DNA of 61,821 nt, counting the filler, from Dugesia japonica (Eukaryota), in the NCBI GenBank assembly GCA_001938525.1. It is 5 parts of 5 records of this genome, joined end to end, with 100 filler letters (N's around TTAATTAATTAA, not from the genome) between each part and the next. Parts side by side here need not be neighbours in the genome. Positions count along the whole stretch, not along the records: positions 19,082 to 28,336 come from MQRL01247294.1; positions 28,437 to 37,300 come from MQRL01298600.1; 3 more parts are not named here. One strand, 5' to 3'. A program made the position numbers and the translations under genes. The notes under the pieces are model-generated. The model was not told the origin of the DNA, ran no database searches, and saw only the letters and a program-made list of their open reading frames with translations. How positions within the stretch are numbered: position 1 is the stretch's first letter; every line of letters starts with the position of its first letter. This document shows, one piece after another, positions 25,550-36,474 of the stretch.

Positions 25550-25680
25550 TAATTGTTATAACTAATATTAATTATATAGGTGAAGTTTTTTAAAGAAGTA
25601 ACAAAAAAACTGAACCATAGAATAGGCAAAAATTGTCAATATAAAGTGCAAAGTGACAAGTATACAATTACTATACAATT
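25550..25680 (+). pseudogene. 5' fragment of the TBP-like gene (copy 3)
   Basis: ITNINYIGEV..EVTKKLNHRIGKNCQYKVQSDKYTI matches the N-terminus of 32581-32057 and has the same divergent arrangement to the ATPase; truncated where Gypsy sequence begins. Confidence 0.7.
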
Positions 25681-25699
25681 TCTTATTGTCTAGAATGAT

Positions 25700-26840
25700 T
25701 AATATATTAATAAATAATCAAGAAAATGAGTAGACCCGTTTTATGTGTAACTTAGAGGCAAGATTTGAGAGACATGAGAGTAGAAGAATGCTGACAAAGA
25801 GCAAACTGTACCATGGATTGGGGAAAAGATACTCATCTAAAAGAAGTATCCAGACAAAGAATGGAGGCTTTTATAGCGGATAAATGAAATATAGGCCGGA
25901 AACATCTAATTAAACATAAAATCAATACAATAAGATAACCTATCAACATAAAACCATACAAATAACTGATGAATTTGGAAAAGAAATTAAATGAAGTGAT
26001 TAAGAATTTATGTAAAAATGGGATAATTTGAAGGTGTAACTCACTCTTAAACACGCCATTGGTATGTTTATGGAGAAAACAGAAAAAAGATATCAGATTA
26101 TGCCTGGATTTTAGAAGGTTAAACGCTATCACGGAAAGACAGGCATTTTCTATGCCCAATATTGAGGAGATGTTTGACGCTATAACGAAACGACATACTT
26201 TAGTTTGATTGACTTAGGGAACGCATATTACCAAGTGGAACTCGAGGAAGCATCCCAAGAGAAAACATATTTTTCAACCAAAAAGGAACAATATTATTTT
26301 ACAAGGATGCCGTTTGTGATCGTGGAAGCCCCAGGGACATTTCAAGAGATGATAGTAAAAGCAACGAGAGATATACAAAGAGCAATATTATATCTGGACG
26401 ATAAATTGATCTTCTCGAAGACGAAAGAAGAACACTATGGTATATTAAAAGACATTCTAGATAAAGTAATAGAAGCAAAGCTTAGAACTGACCCAGAGAA
26501 ATGCAATTTTATGAAAAAGGAAATAAAATCAATAGGCCACATAATTGGGGAAAGCATTTACGAGCAGATCCAATCAAGATTAAGGCGATTAAAGCATTTG
26601 TAGAACCGAAATGTGTAAAACAGTTACGTAGCTTTTTAGGAATATGCAATTAATACAGGAAATTCATCAAGTACTATACACTGAAGGCGAGGAAACTGGA
26701 AGAATTATGCAGCGGAGCGGGGAATACGAGGCTGATATGGTCGTCTGAATTATCGAAAATTTTTGAAGGATTAAAGATTAACATCATCGCGAGTGTTTGG
26801 ATTCCCCGGCATGAACAGGGAATTCATTTGGGACTCAGAA
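25700..26840 (+). mobile_element. Ty3/Gypsy pol (RT) fragment
   Basis: IRLCLDFRRLN, IDLGNAYYQV, RMPF, YLDDKLIFS, QLRSFLGICN; stops and frameshifts. Confidence 0.85.
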
Positions 26841-27109
26841 GCTGTGATACTTGCATTATCCGATGAAAGTCATACATGCATACACACCTAAACGTATATT
26901 ACTCGGGCAGACTTTTTTTAACCTTATAAAAAATAAAAATTTGACTTTGTTTTGACCAAAATTTTGACTTAATAATGAAAATTTTTAACAAATTTATGAC
27001 CTTATATTTCGTTTTTTAAACAATTATGACTGCTTATTAATCTTAAGATTTAAGAAAATTGAGGTTTGTAAATGAAAGATCTATCAAGACTTCATAATTT
27101 TTTGAACAT

Positions 27110-27870
27110 TACAACAATATAAAATTTATGTTTTCAGGGGAAAGTTTCGGTCTTTAGTTAAAGGTTTATTCAACATAGAAAAATTTCTTTTGAAAGAAGC
27201 TGAAGTAAACTGACATTTCATAAAAAAGAATACTCCATTGGTGATATCAAATCCTTTTTCATGTCCTTTATTTTCATTATACTATTTTTCACGAGTCTTC
27301 ATTTAATATACTCTTTGATATAAAATGTATCTTCAATGAATTGCAATTCAGAAAGTTTTTTCAAGACAGATTTGATTGTGTAAACTGTACTCTCAACCAA
27401 AATAATAATTTCAGCCAAAATAATATAATTTGAGACAATCTCACGCAAATTCTTGTCTACTCTTGGATTAGAAATACTTTCCTTTGCTCGTTTAACAATT
27501 ATTCTATCATCTTTAAAGTTATCAACAATTGCTTTGATCATCATAAAGTGTTCAGTTTAGTACTTTGCAGCATTTAACTAACTTACCCACCTTGTAACAA
27601 GAGGTTTGGGTGGAATTCCAATATCTTATGACCTGTTCTTGTCTTGTGTGGTTCTTTGCTTTTGAGGTGGCGATCAAGAAGTCAACATCATTGTAATGTG
27701 ACTTAATTCTCAATGCACAATGTTGTTGTAAATAAAAAATGCAAGTCTCGTGTATAAGCTTTGTATAATAGAGCACTTCCAAAGCTTTCCAGCAGCTACC
27801 ATAAAAAGTACTGCGTCAGATATTAAAAGTAAACATTTTGAGTAGAAATTTTCATCTTTATGTTGAGAAT
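27110..27870 (-). pseudogene. hAT-superfamily (DUF659-type) transposase relic
   Basis: LLLISDAVLFMVAAGK, LIHETC..HCALRIKSHYNDVDFLI, PPKPLVTRW, CQFTSASFKRNFSML..KDRNF (degenerate TSA.VERSFS). Confidence 0.75.
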
Positions 27871-28336
27871 TGCCAACATACAAAACATAACATAGCACAT
27901 CACATAGCACGCAAACATAGCATTACAAATCTCAAACAAATAAATTCAGTTCAACATTCGACAAGCAGATCCAATCAATCCTCAATCAGATCAATTATTA
28001 GACATTTAAATCGATATTCAAAACTGTGATTATAAAAGACTTCATGATTTATAAAAATAATTTATATTTAAAACTTGATGTAATCTGTGAATTCATTATT
28101 ATTTTATTTTAGTTAATTTTATAATCAATATTTTATCTTCTGACATTAGTGTAATTATTTTATGTGTAATTATTTTATGTTTTTTCGTTGTCGATATAAT
28201 TATTTGCTGACATAAAAAATAATTTCATGTTCAGTTATTGATATTTTCTGAAATTAAATTTTCCGAAATCAATGTAATTATTTTATGATTTCCGTTATTT
28301 ATATTTTTCTGAAGTCAATGTAATTATTTTTATTAT

Positions 28337-28436
28337 NNNNNNNNNNNNNNNNNNNNNNNNNNNNNNNNNNNNNNNNNNNNTTAATTAATTAANNNNNNNN
28401 NNNNNNNNNNNNNNNNNNNNNNNNNNNNNNNNNNNN
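28337..28436. other. Artificial scaffold linker N44-TTAATTAATTAA-N44
   Basis: Same 100-nt structure. Confidence 0.95.
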
Positions 28437-28566
28437 GAAATAAAATTCTTTACACTAATTTCAATTTTTCTTCGTTAAACTTTTCACTCATACTTTTTAA
28501 TGATATATATTTAATTATATCCTCTCAATTAAAAGAATAATTTTAACTTTTCTACATTACTTTACC

Positions 28567-30530
28567 AGTAGTGGGATAGTATCGCACGGTCACAATTTGA
28601 GGGGACCCCCGTCCCCTCTCACCCCTGTGTCTCGATAACTGATTTCGATTGTGACCGAATTTTTGTGACGCTATTTGTTATGGTTTTTTTATCTAAGATT
28701 TTTGGTATCAAAAATTTTTTGAAAGTATCAAAATGTTTTTTGATTGGATAAGTTTTTTTTATCCTGGGGATGTGTGTGTGTATTTTTAAATTTTAAAATT
28801 TGTATGTTTGGGTTGCTAATTGGGTTTTTCAAAAGTAGGTCAGGTTGAGTTTGTGTGTGTGTGTAAAAGAAGGGATTTGGACTCGAGGGGAGCTGGAGAT
28901 CTTGGAAATAATTTTTTTGGAGTTTTTAAGATTTGGTTGTGGTTGGACAAAAATTCGGTCTATATATTGTCTAAAGGACTTATTAGATTGGATGGATGGT
29001 TTGTCCTAGAAGTGTGGTAGAGCACGGTCACAGTTGTTGGATTTTTTCGGTTGATGAGTAAAAGTGTTAAAAATAATTTCGTGAGAGGCAGAGTGGTATG
29101 TGTGGAAAGAGAATTAATTATTGGATTTTAGAAGATTTATTTGAAATTTTTCTGGCAGAGAGTGTATGACGTCATATTCTTTTGAAATCTATATTTTGTG
29201 TAAAAATGCTGTATTTTGATTAAAATGATGAATATTTAGAAAGTAATGGTATTTTTGTAGAAATGATGTATTTTTGAGTATTTTTCAGTAGTAAGGGTTG
29301 TTTTTTATATTTTTTGAACTGAAAGAGGGGATTCTTGGTATTTTTTGAATTTTTTGATGGAAAATTCAAAAATTTTTTTGGTAGGAAATTTTATTAAATT
29401 TTATTAAATTTTTTTTGAACAGACTTTATATTTATGTATGAGATGCGGCAGTCTTGATATTTTGCATGGTATGGGCAGTCTTGACAATTTGCATGAGGAG
29501 TCTCTATATTTATCATGGGATGGACAGACTTGATATTTTGCAAGGCATGAGTCAGTCCAAAATTCATAGGCATGTGATTTTCATTGTATGTGTGTTGCAT
29601 CTGAGTTGCATACTTATTGCATTTATTACAAAATCAAATGCAATCAAATTCAAAAAAATGGCTGTATTAAGTTTTTAAAATTAGAATGACGACTATGTTG
29701 AGTTTCAAAACTTTTTATTGGTGGCAAATTTTTTAAAAATTCTGAGATGTGTTGCATCTGAGTTGCATACCTATTGCCTTTAATGATAAAAAATTCCCAG
29801 GCACGTGATTTTCAGTGTATGTGTGTTGCATTCTTGTGGCATCTGAGTTGCATACCTATTGCATTTATTAATAAATCAATAAAAATTATCAGGCACATGT
29901 TGCTGTATTGTTTTCATAATGTATAAATATTGGATTCATTATTAAAACATTGAGGCAGTCTTGATATTTTTAATATTATTGCAAGATATTGGGCAGTCTA
30001 AAATTAACATGATAAAATTTTTTTAAAAAAACGTTTTTTTACAAGATGATTCAAATATAGACATTTTTTCATAAAAAAACATATTAGCTAAGGAATTTTC
30101 TGTTAAAAACCTATTACTAGTGACAAAAGCATATTAGTGTTGCAATTTTTAATAAAAGGTCTCATTAGTGTTACAATGTTTAATAAAAAACTCATTAGCT
30201 GAGAACATTTCTTTACAAAATGATAAAAATATAGAACGGTTTTCAAAAATTCATGGAACCTTTCCAAAAATAACTAATAAGTCAATATAAAAACTTAAAA
30301 GAAAATATTTTTATGATTGTATAGGGTTAATGAGTATATAGGGTTTATGAGTATATTATTTACATAGTTAGCTTGTATTATTTACATAACAACCATGTAT
30401 TATAAAGATTACATAGTAAGTAAATGTATTATTGGACTTACGAGTATATTATTTACATGGCAACTGTGTAATATAATGGTTATAAGATTTTAGAATATAA
30501 TATTTACATATTAACGATGTAATAAGAGGT
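28567..30530 (+). repeat. Left terminal inverted repeat with internal subrepeat arrays
   Basis: Blocks such as GAGATCTTGGAAATAATTTTTTT, TTGGACAAAAATTCGGTCTA, TATGACGTCATA and GCATCTGAGTTGCATAC all have reverse-complement partners in the right arm in mirrored order. Confidence 0.85.
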
Positions 30531-30687
30531 CACTATGCAAACTATATGTTCATGAAATTAGTTATCATAAATTAATTTATTCAAAATATTGTTTACTTAG
30601 TATTATAAAAAAAATTAAACCTTATTTATTTACTAATTATATAAAGAAATTAAACCTTAATTATTTGCTAATTATAAAAAAAAAGAA

Positions 30688-30987
30688 TTATCCAATAAAA
30701 CATTTATTAATAGAAACTTTATTAATACAACATTTTTTCTCACATTCTTCCGTCATCTTCAAAATCTTTTCTTTTAATATTTTATAATGGTTCTTTTTTT
30801 CATTGAAAGGGAAATCAGATTGAAGGTCTATGATGAAATTGATCATAACTTGAAACATGTCTATTGCTTTTGTCAGTAATAAATGTTTAAAATATTCTTT
30901 AATAATCAACAGCATATATTCATGAAGTAATTCTGGACATCTTTCACGTAATATCTCCAACGCTAAGTCTAAAAAAAGTATTAACAA
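30688..30987 (-). CDS. Hypothetical helical protein inside the Polinton-like element
   Basis: 99-aa ORF with protein-like composition directly inside the left TIR; no motif recognised; start uncertain. Confidence 0.4.
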   Translation of the reverse strand: MLILFLDLALEILRERCPELLHEYMLLIIKEYFKHLLLTKAIDMFQVMINFIIDLQSDFPFNEKKNHYKILKEKILKMTEECEKKCCINKVSINKCFIG

Positions 30988-31652
30988 ATCATATAAATTT
31001 TAGCAAACAACGACTAATCGCAACAGTTTAAAGAATATTAACCAATCATATCAATTATAGTAAATACTAACTAATAGAAACTCACCAATAACGATTGTGT
31101 GTGTATTGCAACTAGTATATAAGCAAAGGTTTACATAACATTTATCAACAATAACTGTGGAACTTGGAAAAATTACATATTTCCATAGTTACAAGATGTT
31201 CTTTTTGAAGACATCAATTATCTATAATTTCAAAGTTATTATTTTATTTTAGAAACCAGTTTCAATAAAAAGATTCAAATTTAGTCTGCTTTTATTTGGA
31301 ATTCACGAGAAAGATATAAATATTCTGGAAGCTATGTTTACAAGAATAAGCAGACAAATTGAAGTCAATGAGGTTAGAAAGAGACGAGAGAAAATATGAA
31401 GACGACAGTCAATGTATGATTCAAGTGGCAATCAAAGGCTTCAAGAAGTCAATAAATTCTGTGGGAGTCATTAGAAAAATTAACAACATCGAAAAGAAGA
31501 ATTAAATTTGTTTAGTTAATGTTTACTTAGTGTTATATTTTTTTTATACTGAAATATATCTTTATATAAACGAAGTCTTTTTAATTTTATTAAAACAAAA
31601 CTAAATAAATAAAACAAAGACTAAATAATGATGATAATACATTTATTTTAAA

Positions 31653-31970
31653 TCACACATAACAAAAATAATTGTTGTATTGGATCATTTCTGTCTGGAA
31701 CTTCTTTATAGCGAGCATTAATTTAAACTTTGAACGCCCGATACAGTCAGGTGCGCAAAATTCAGCTGCCATATATTGGTTGACAATCACATTCACAATC
31801 ATTGGCTTTTTTTCTTTGTCCAGCATTCCACGTTCATTTAATATACATTTTAAAATTTTTGTATCTGTTAACATTCCTAAATTAAATTTACTACTAAAAT
31901 TACAAAATATTAAATATTCAACCATTTTTACTAAAATCGTCTTCTGATTCCAATTAAATTTATTTTTCAA
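31653..31970 (-). CDS. Conserved hypothetical protein downstream of the TBP-like gene
   Basis: Homolog at 46058-46345 shares KFNL.MLT, RGMLD.E.KPM, VNQ.M.A.FC.PD.I...KF.L, YNNYFCY. Confidence 0.65.
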   Translation of the reverse strand: MKNKFNWNQKTILVKMVEYLIFCNFSSKFNLGMLTDTKILKCILNERGMLDKEKKPMIVNVIVNQYMAAEFCAPDCIGRSKFKLMLAIKKFQTEMIQYNNYFCYV

Positions 31971-32056
31971 GAAATATTAATGAAATGCAATATTTATATA
32001 TATATATGTGTGTGTATAATAAAAAACCACAACGTAACATATTAATAATTTGAAAT

Positions 32057-32581
32057 TTAAATATCTACTTTTAAATTGATATTTTTCGTACTTGCATTGT
32101 AAAGTTTTGCATCCGTGTTGCGAATTTTCAAATTTTTATCAAACAAATTGAATAAATCTGAAGTAATGTTATTCAGATATCCTTGAAAATACAAATTTTT
32201 AAGTCCAAGTATCACTGGTTTTCCTGTTGCGAACACATTTACACATAAAGGGTCATATTTTACTAGTATTAGAGCAGGAAATAACTCTTTTTCGAACCAA
32301 CAGTTGACTATTCTTGCAAATTTGTACAAATTTATTGAAACTCATATATTTACGACAATTTTTAGTGACTGTAATTGTAAATTATTTAAATCATAGGGGT
32401 TCAAATCATGTAGTTTCAATGGTTTCTTACATCCCATTATTCTAAATGTTCCTGATCTGAAGTAAATAATTGTATATTTATCACTTTTGACTTTAACTTG
32501 ACATGGTTTGCCTAAAAGAAAGCTCATTGTTTTTGTTACTTCTTACAACACTTCACCTCTGTAATTAATATTGGTAATCAT
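32057..32581 (-). pseudogene. Divergent TATA-box-binding protein (TBP)-like gene of the element (copy 1)
   Basis: 174 codons in one frame with two premature stops. Two TBP-type repeats: MITNINYRGEV..TIIYFRSGTFRIMGCK and LQLQSLKIVVNI.VSINLYKFA..WFEKELFPALILVKYDPLCVNVFATGKPVILGLK, compared with canonical TBP LQNIVST..TALIFSSGKMVCTGAK and [55 protein letters not shown]. Confidence 0.82.
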
Positions 32582-32687
32582 GATAAATGAATTAATGAGG
32601 AACATTGGGGTTTTGATGGAGTTAATTTAACTGATTTTTTAAAACAAATATAAACAACGTATTAAATTATGAATAAAGAAAAACAAG

Positions 32688-33295
32688 ATGGAAAAATGAA
32701 GAAATGATGCAGTTTATCAAATTGTTGGACCTAGTGGTAGTGGGAAAACTTTGTTTGTATGTCAATTATTGAAATCAAAGTTATTCAAGTCTAAATTAAA
32801 AAACATAGGAGTGGCGATGAGGAACATGGACTGACTAAATCTGAATTTTATAATATAAAAATGAAAGTTATAAGTGGTTTTTATTCTAATTGAAGCAAAA
32901 GAATAAGACCAGGTGATGATGATCTTTATCAGGAGGCAAATAAAGAAAAGGATTTCAATAATTTATTCACAAAGACATCGAGACATCGTAATGTGACTGT
33001 GATAATTATTACTCAAAATCTATTTCATCAAGGGGATAGTCATAGAACCCATAAATTAAACGTACAATATTTGGTTATATTCAAAAATCTTAGAGATCAC
33101 ACTGCTGTTGATTTTCTAGCAAGACCAGCATATCAAAATAACAGACAATTTCTTATTGAATCATTTCAAGATGCAACAGAAAAACTGCATGTATATCTAT
33201 TTCTTGACTTTACACAGCAATTTCCAGATGACTATAGAGTGAGAACAGATATATTCAATCTAAATGATATAACAATATATAAACAAAATAGGTAA
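32688..33295 (+). pseudogene. A32/FtsK-like genome packaging ATPase (copy 1)
   Basis: YQIVGPSGSGKT (Walker A), DDLYQEA (Walker B), FTKTSRHRNVTVIIITQNLF, NVQYLVIFKNLRD, YLFLDF, YRVRTDIF; stops and frameshifts in the 5' half. Confidence 0.88.
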
Positions 33296-33318
33296 TGTTT
33301 CATAATATTTCAAAGAAA

Positions 33319-33563
33319 ATGACAAAATTAAAGAAATTTGTAGTTGATCAAGTAACTGATGGTGTTGTTAAACGTCAACAAAATATCTTTTAAGAAGAAA
33401 TAGTATGGAAAAAGAAAAAACAATCGCATAAGAAGCATCATTTAAATAAAAAGCAACAAGTTAATAAAAGGAAACAAATGAATATGTTTAAAAAACTTGC
33501 AAAAAGAATCGGAAAGAAGCTGAAAATAATGGACATGAAAACAATATTATCATAAACAAATAA
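33319..33563 (+). pseudogene. Small very basic protein (candidate DNA-condensing core protein)
   Basis: MTKLKKFVVDQVTDGVVK followed by K/R-rich sequence; homolog at 44897 (-). Confidence 0.45.
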
Positions 33564-33590
33564 TTGGTATTATTATTTTAATAAGTAAAG

Positions 33591-33913
33591 ATGAAATTAA
33601 AAAGAAGCATGCCGTTTTTTACAGCTTTGATTAAATCATCAAAACCTTTTAGAATGAGAATTTTACAATCATTCCCATCATATGTTATAGATGATTTAAT
33701 TGAAATTATTATAAATATTGTTCGTGGTAATTTAGATTTAAGTGCAGCCAAAAGGAAAACATTGAAAAAACATTAAAAAAAACTTTATTAACGCTTGTGA
33801 ACACCAAAAATAGATAATCAATGAGACGAGTATTGAATAATCAAGGAGATAGCTTTTTAGCAGCATTAATACCAATTACATTGGCAGCATTAGTCTTAAT
33901 TCATTTCAAATAA
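33591..33913 (+). pseudogene. Conserved Polinton/adintovirus small protein (E..iNi.rGn..L...kk.L.KH..Q.G.gFla.LiP type)
   Basis: LIEIIINIVRGNLDLSAAKRKTLKKH..MRRVLNNQGDSFLAALIPITLAAL; homolog at 44590-44770. Confidence 0.7.
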
Positions 33914-34069
33914 ACAATGGTTGACTTTAAAACAGCAATATTAATATTTAACTCAAATGAACAATGGGTAGATTCCAATCATTACCTAACTTTTACCTGA
34001 AATTGGCATTGAATTGTTGTAATGGAGACTAAAATGATTATAATATAGACAATTTATATGGACAATATC

Positions 34070-36383
34070 TTATAATCTTTATTATACAAGGTTGTTATGT
34101 AAATAATTCCCTCATAAGTCTTATATTATACAGTTTTTATGTAAATAATACCCCCGTAAGCCTTATATTACACGGTAAATATGTAAGTAATATACATCTA
34201 ATTCATGGTTACTATGTAAATAATACACTCATAAACCATATATTTCATGGTTACTATGTAAATAATACAGGGTAGCTATGCAAATAATATACTCATTAAC
34301 CCTATAGATATCAAAATATTTACTTATAAGTTTTTTTTATATAGACTTATTAGCTATATTTATTGAAACATTCTGCTTTTTATCATTTTTATTGACAAAT
34401 TCCCAGCTAAAATGTTTTTGTGAAAAAGTATTATGTTTTTATCATTTTGTATAGAAAATTGTCACCACATATATGTTTCTTATTAAAAATTGCATCGGTA
34501 ATGAGATTTTTAATTAAAAATTGCAACGCTAATGAGAATTTTTTTAAAAATTGCATCGCTAATGACATTTTTGTTTATTCAAAAATTCATCACAAATGAT
34601 ATTTTTTATAAAAAAAGTCACTAGTAATGTTTTTTAAAGAAAATTAACTATGTAATATGTTTTTAGGAAAAAAAGTTCTGTTTTTATCATCTTGTAAAGG
34701 AAACATTTAAATATTTAAATTTCGCAAAGACTCTCCTCTTTGAAGTTTTTTGATAGATATATTTTATCATGTAAATATCGCAAAGACTCCCCTCTTTGGT
34801 TATTTTTAATGCACTGAAAATCATATGCCTGAGAATTTTCATTAATAAAAACAATATGTATGCAACTCAGATGCCACAAGAATGCAACACACATACACTG
34901 AAAATCATACGCCTGAGAATTTTTAAAACTCAACATAGCCGCAATTTTCATTTATCAAAACTTATTATAACCGCCATTTCGAATTTTTATTGATTTTTTA
35001 ATAAATTCAATAGGTATGCAACTCTGATTCAATTCGTATGTAACACACATACATTAAAAATCAGGCACCTGAGAATTTTTGTAAACTGAACTTAGCCGCT
35101 ATTTTGAATTTTTATTGATTTTTCAATAAATGCAATAGGTTTGCAACTCATATGCAACACACATACATTAAAAATCACATGCCTGAGGATTTTTATTGAT
35201 TTTTCTTAATAAATGTAACTCATATGCATCACACATACACTGAAAATCATATGACTATGAATTTTAGACTGCCACATCCCTTGCAAAATAACAAGTCTGC
35301 CCCATACCATGTTAAATGTAGAGACTCGTCCATCCAAAATATCAAGACTGCCCCATACCATACAAGATATCAATACTGCCTCATACCATTCTAAATATCA
35401 AGACTGCTCCATTTTATATATAAATATAGAGTCTGCTTAAAAGAAACTTAAAATTTCCTTCCAAAAAATAACAAGACTTCCTCTTCCCTGTTCGAAAAAT
35501 ATGAAAAAACACACTTCCAAGTCAAACATACTCAAAATATACTCAAAAATACATCAAATACTCAAAATTGCCATCACCCTCATCAATTTAAGCAAGTTAC
35601 AGCATTTTTAACAAAAATAAAGATTTCAAAAGATTATGACGTCATACACTCCCAACAGAAACATTTCAAATAATTATTAAAAAATCTGATAATTATTTCT
35701 CTTTCAATACATACCACTCTCCCCGTTCTGAATTTTTTTTAACACACTTATACTAGTTACAAAATCAACCAATCAAATTAAAGCTTTTTAAATAAAAAAT
35801 TAAAGCATAATCGACACACAAAATCTTCTACATCACATTACCTTTCCAACAACATATCTACCATTCAAATTCAATAGAACACTACAAACCTACAACTTAC
35901 CAGAAAAACACCCCACGATAACTCAGACGACTGTTTCGTGGCGCCACTACCCTTCTAGCGAAAACCATCCATCACACACCATAGGTCCTATAAAGAATGT
36001 GTAGACCGAATTTTTGTCCAACAACAAACAAATCTTAAAAACTAAAAAAAAAATTATTTCCAAGATCTCTAGCTACTCCTCAAATCCAAAACAATTCTTT
36101 CACACACACACAACCACACACAAACTCAACTTGACCTACTTTTTAAAAAAGCCCGTAACAACCCAAACACACACAAATTTTAAAATTTAAAAATAAACAC
36201 ACGCACAACCACAGGATCAAAAGAAAATTGATCCGATCAAAATAATTTTAATCCCAAAAATCTTAGAAAAAAAACTAACCAAAATCATATAGCACAAAAT
36301 AATAGCACAATCGTAATGTGTTTCCGAGCCCCCCCGAAATGTGCTAGTACGCAATTGTGCCGTAGCGCCACTACCTATCTACT
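34070..36383 (-). repeat. Right terminal inverted repeat
   Basis: Reverse-complement partner of 28567-30530, with extra subrepeat units and an insertion around 35760-35920. Confidence 0.85.
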
Positions 36384-36474
36384 AATATTAAAAATAAAAG
36401 ATTAATAAGAAATGTTGAAAGCTCGGGGTGTGATATTAAGGATATGGTCAAATACATTAATTAATTAAAATAAT

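Larger units (their letters stand above)
28567..36383. mobile_element. Internally deleted Polinton/Maverick (adintovirus-like) element with about 2 kb TIRs, carrying a TBP-like gene
   Basis: Starts AGTAGT and ends TCTACT (Polinton-type AGT termini). 28567 to about 30530 is the reverse complement, with divergence, of about 34070-36383. The core has the packaging ATPase and a conserved Polinton small protein. No matching TSD (TTTACC vs AATATT). Confidence 0.85.

Noticed and set aside
28820-29678. ORFs 28820-29020, 29394-29600, 29454-29678 (and 34715-34993)
   Set aside because: They lie in repetitive TIR sequence and are not preserved as the same frames in the opposite arm.
29420-30000. Repeat-spacer-like arrays resembling CRISPR
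   Set aside because: Units are degenerate, spacers are related to each other, the arrays are mirrored as part of the TIRs, the context is eukaryotic and there are no cas genes.
32057-32581. Host TBP/TRF gene or stop-codon readthrough/alternative genetic code
   Set aside because: The gene is intronless, highly divergent and always next to the viral ATPase. The stops are at different positions in different copies, and host genes translate cleanly with the standard code, so this is ordinary decay.
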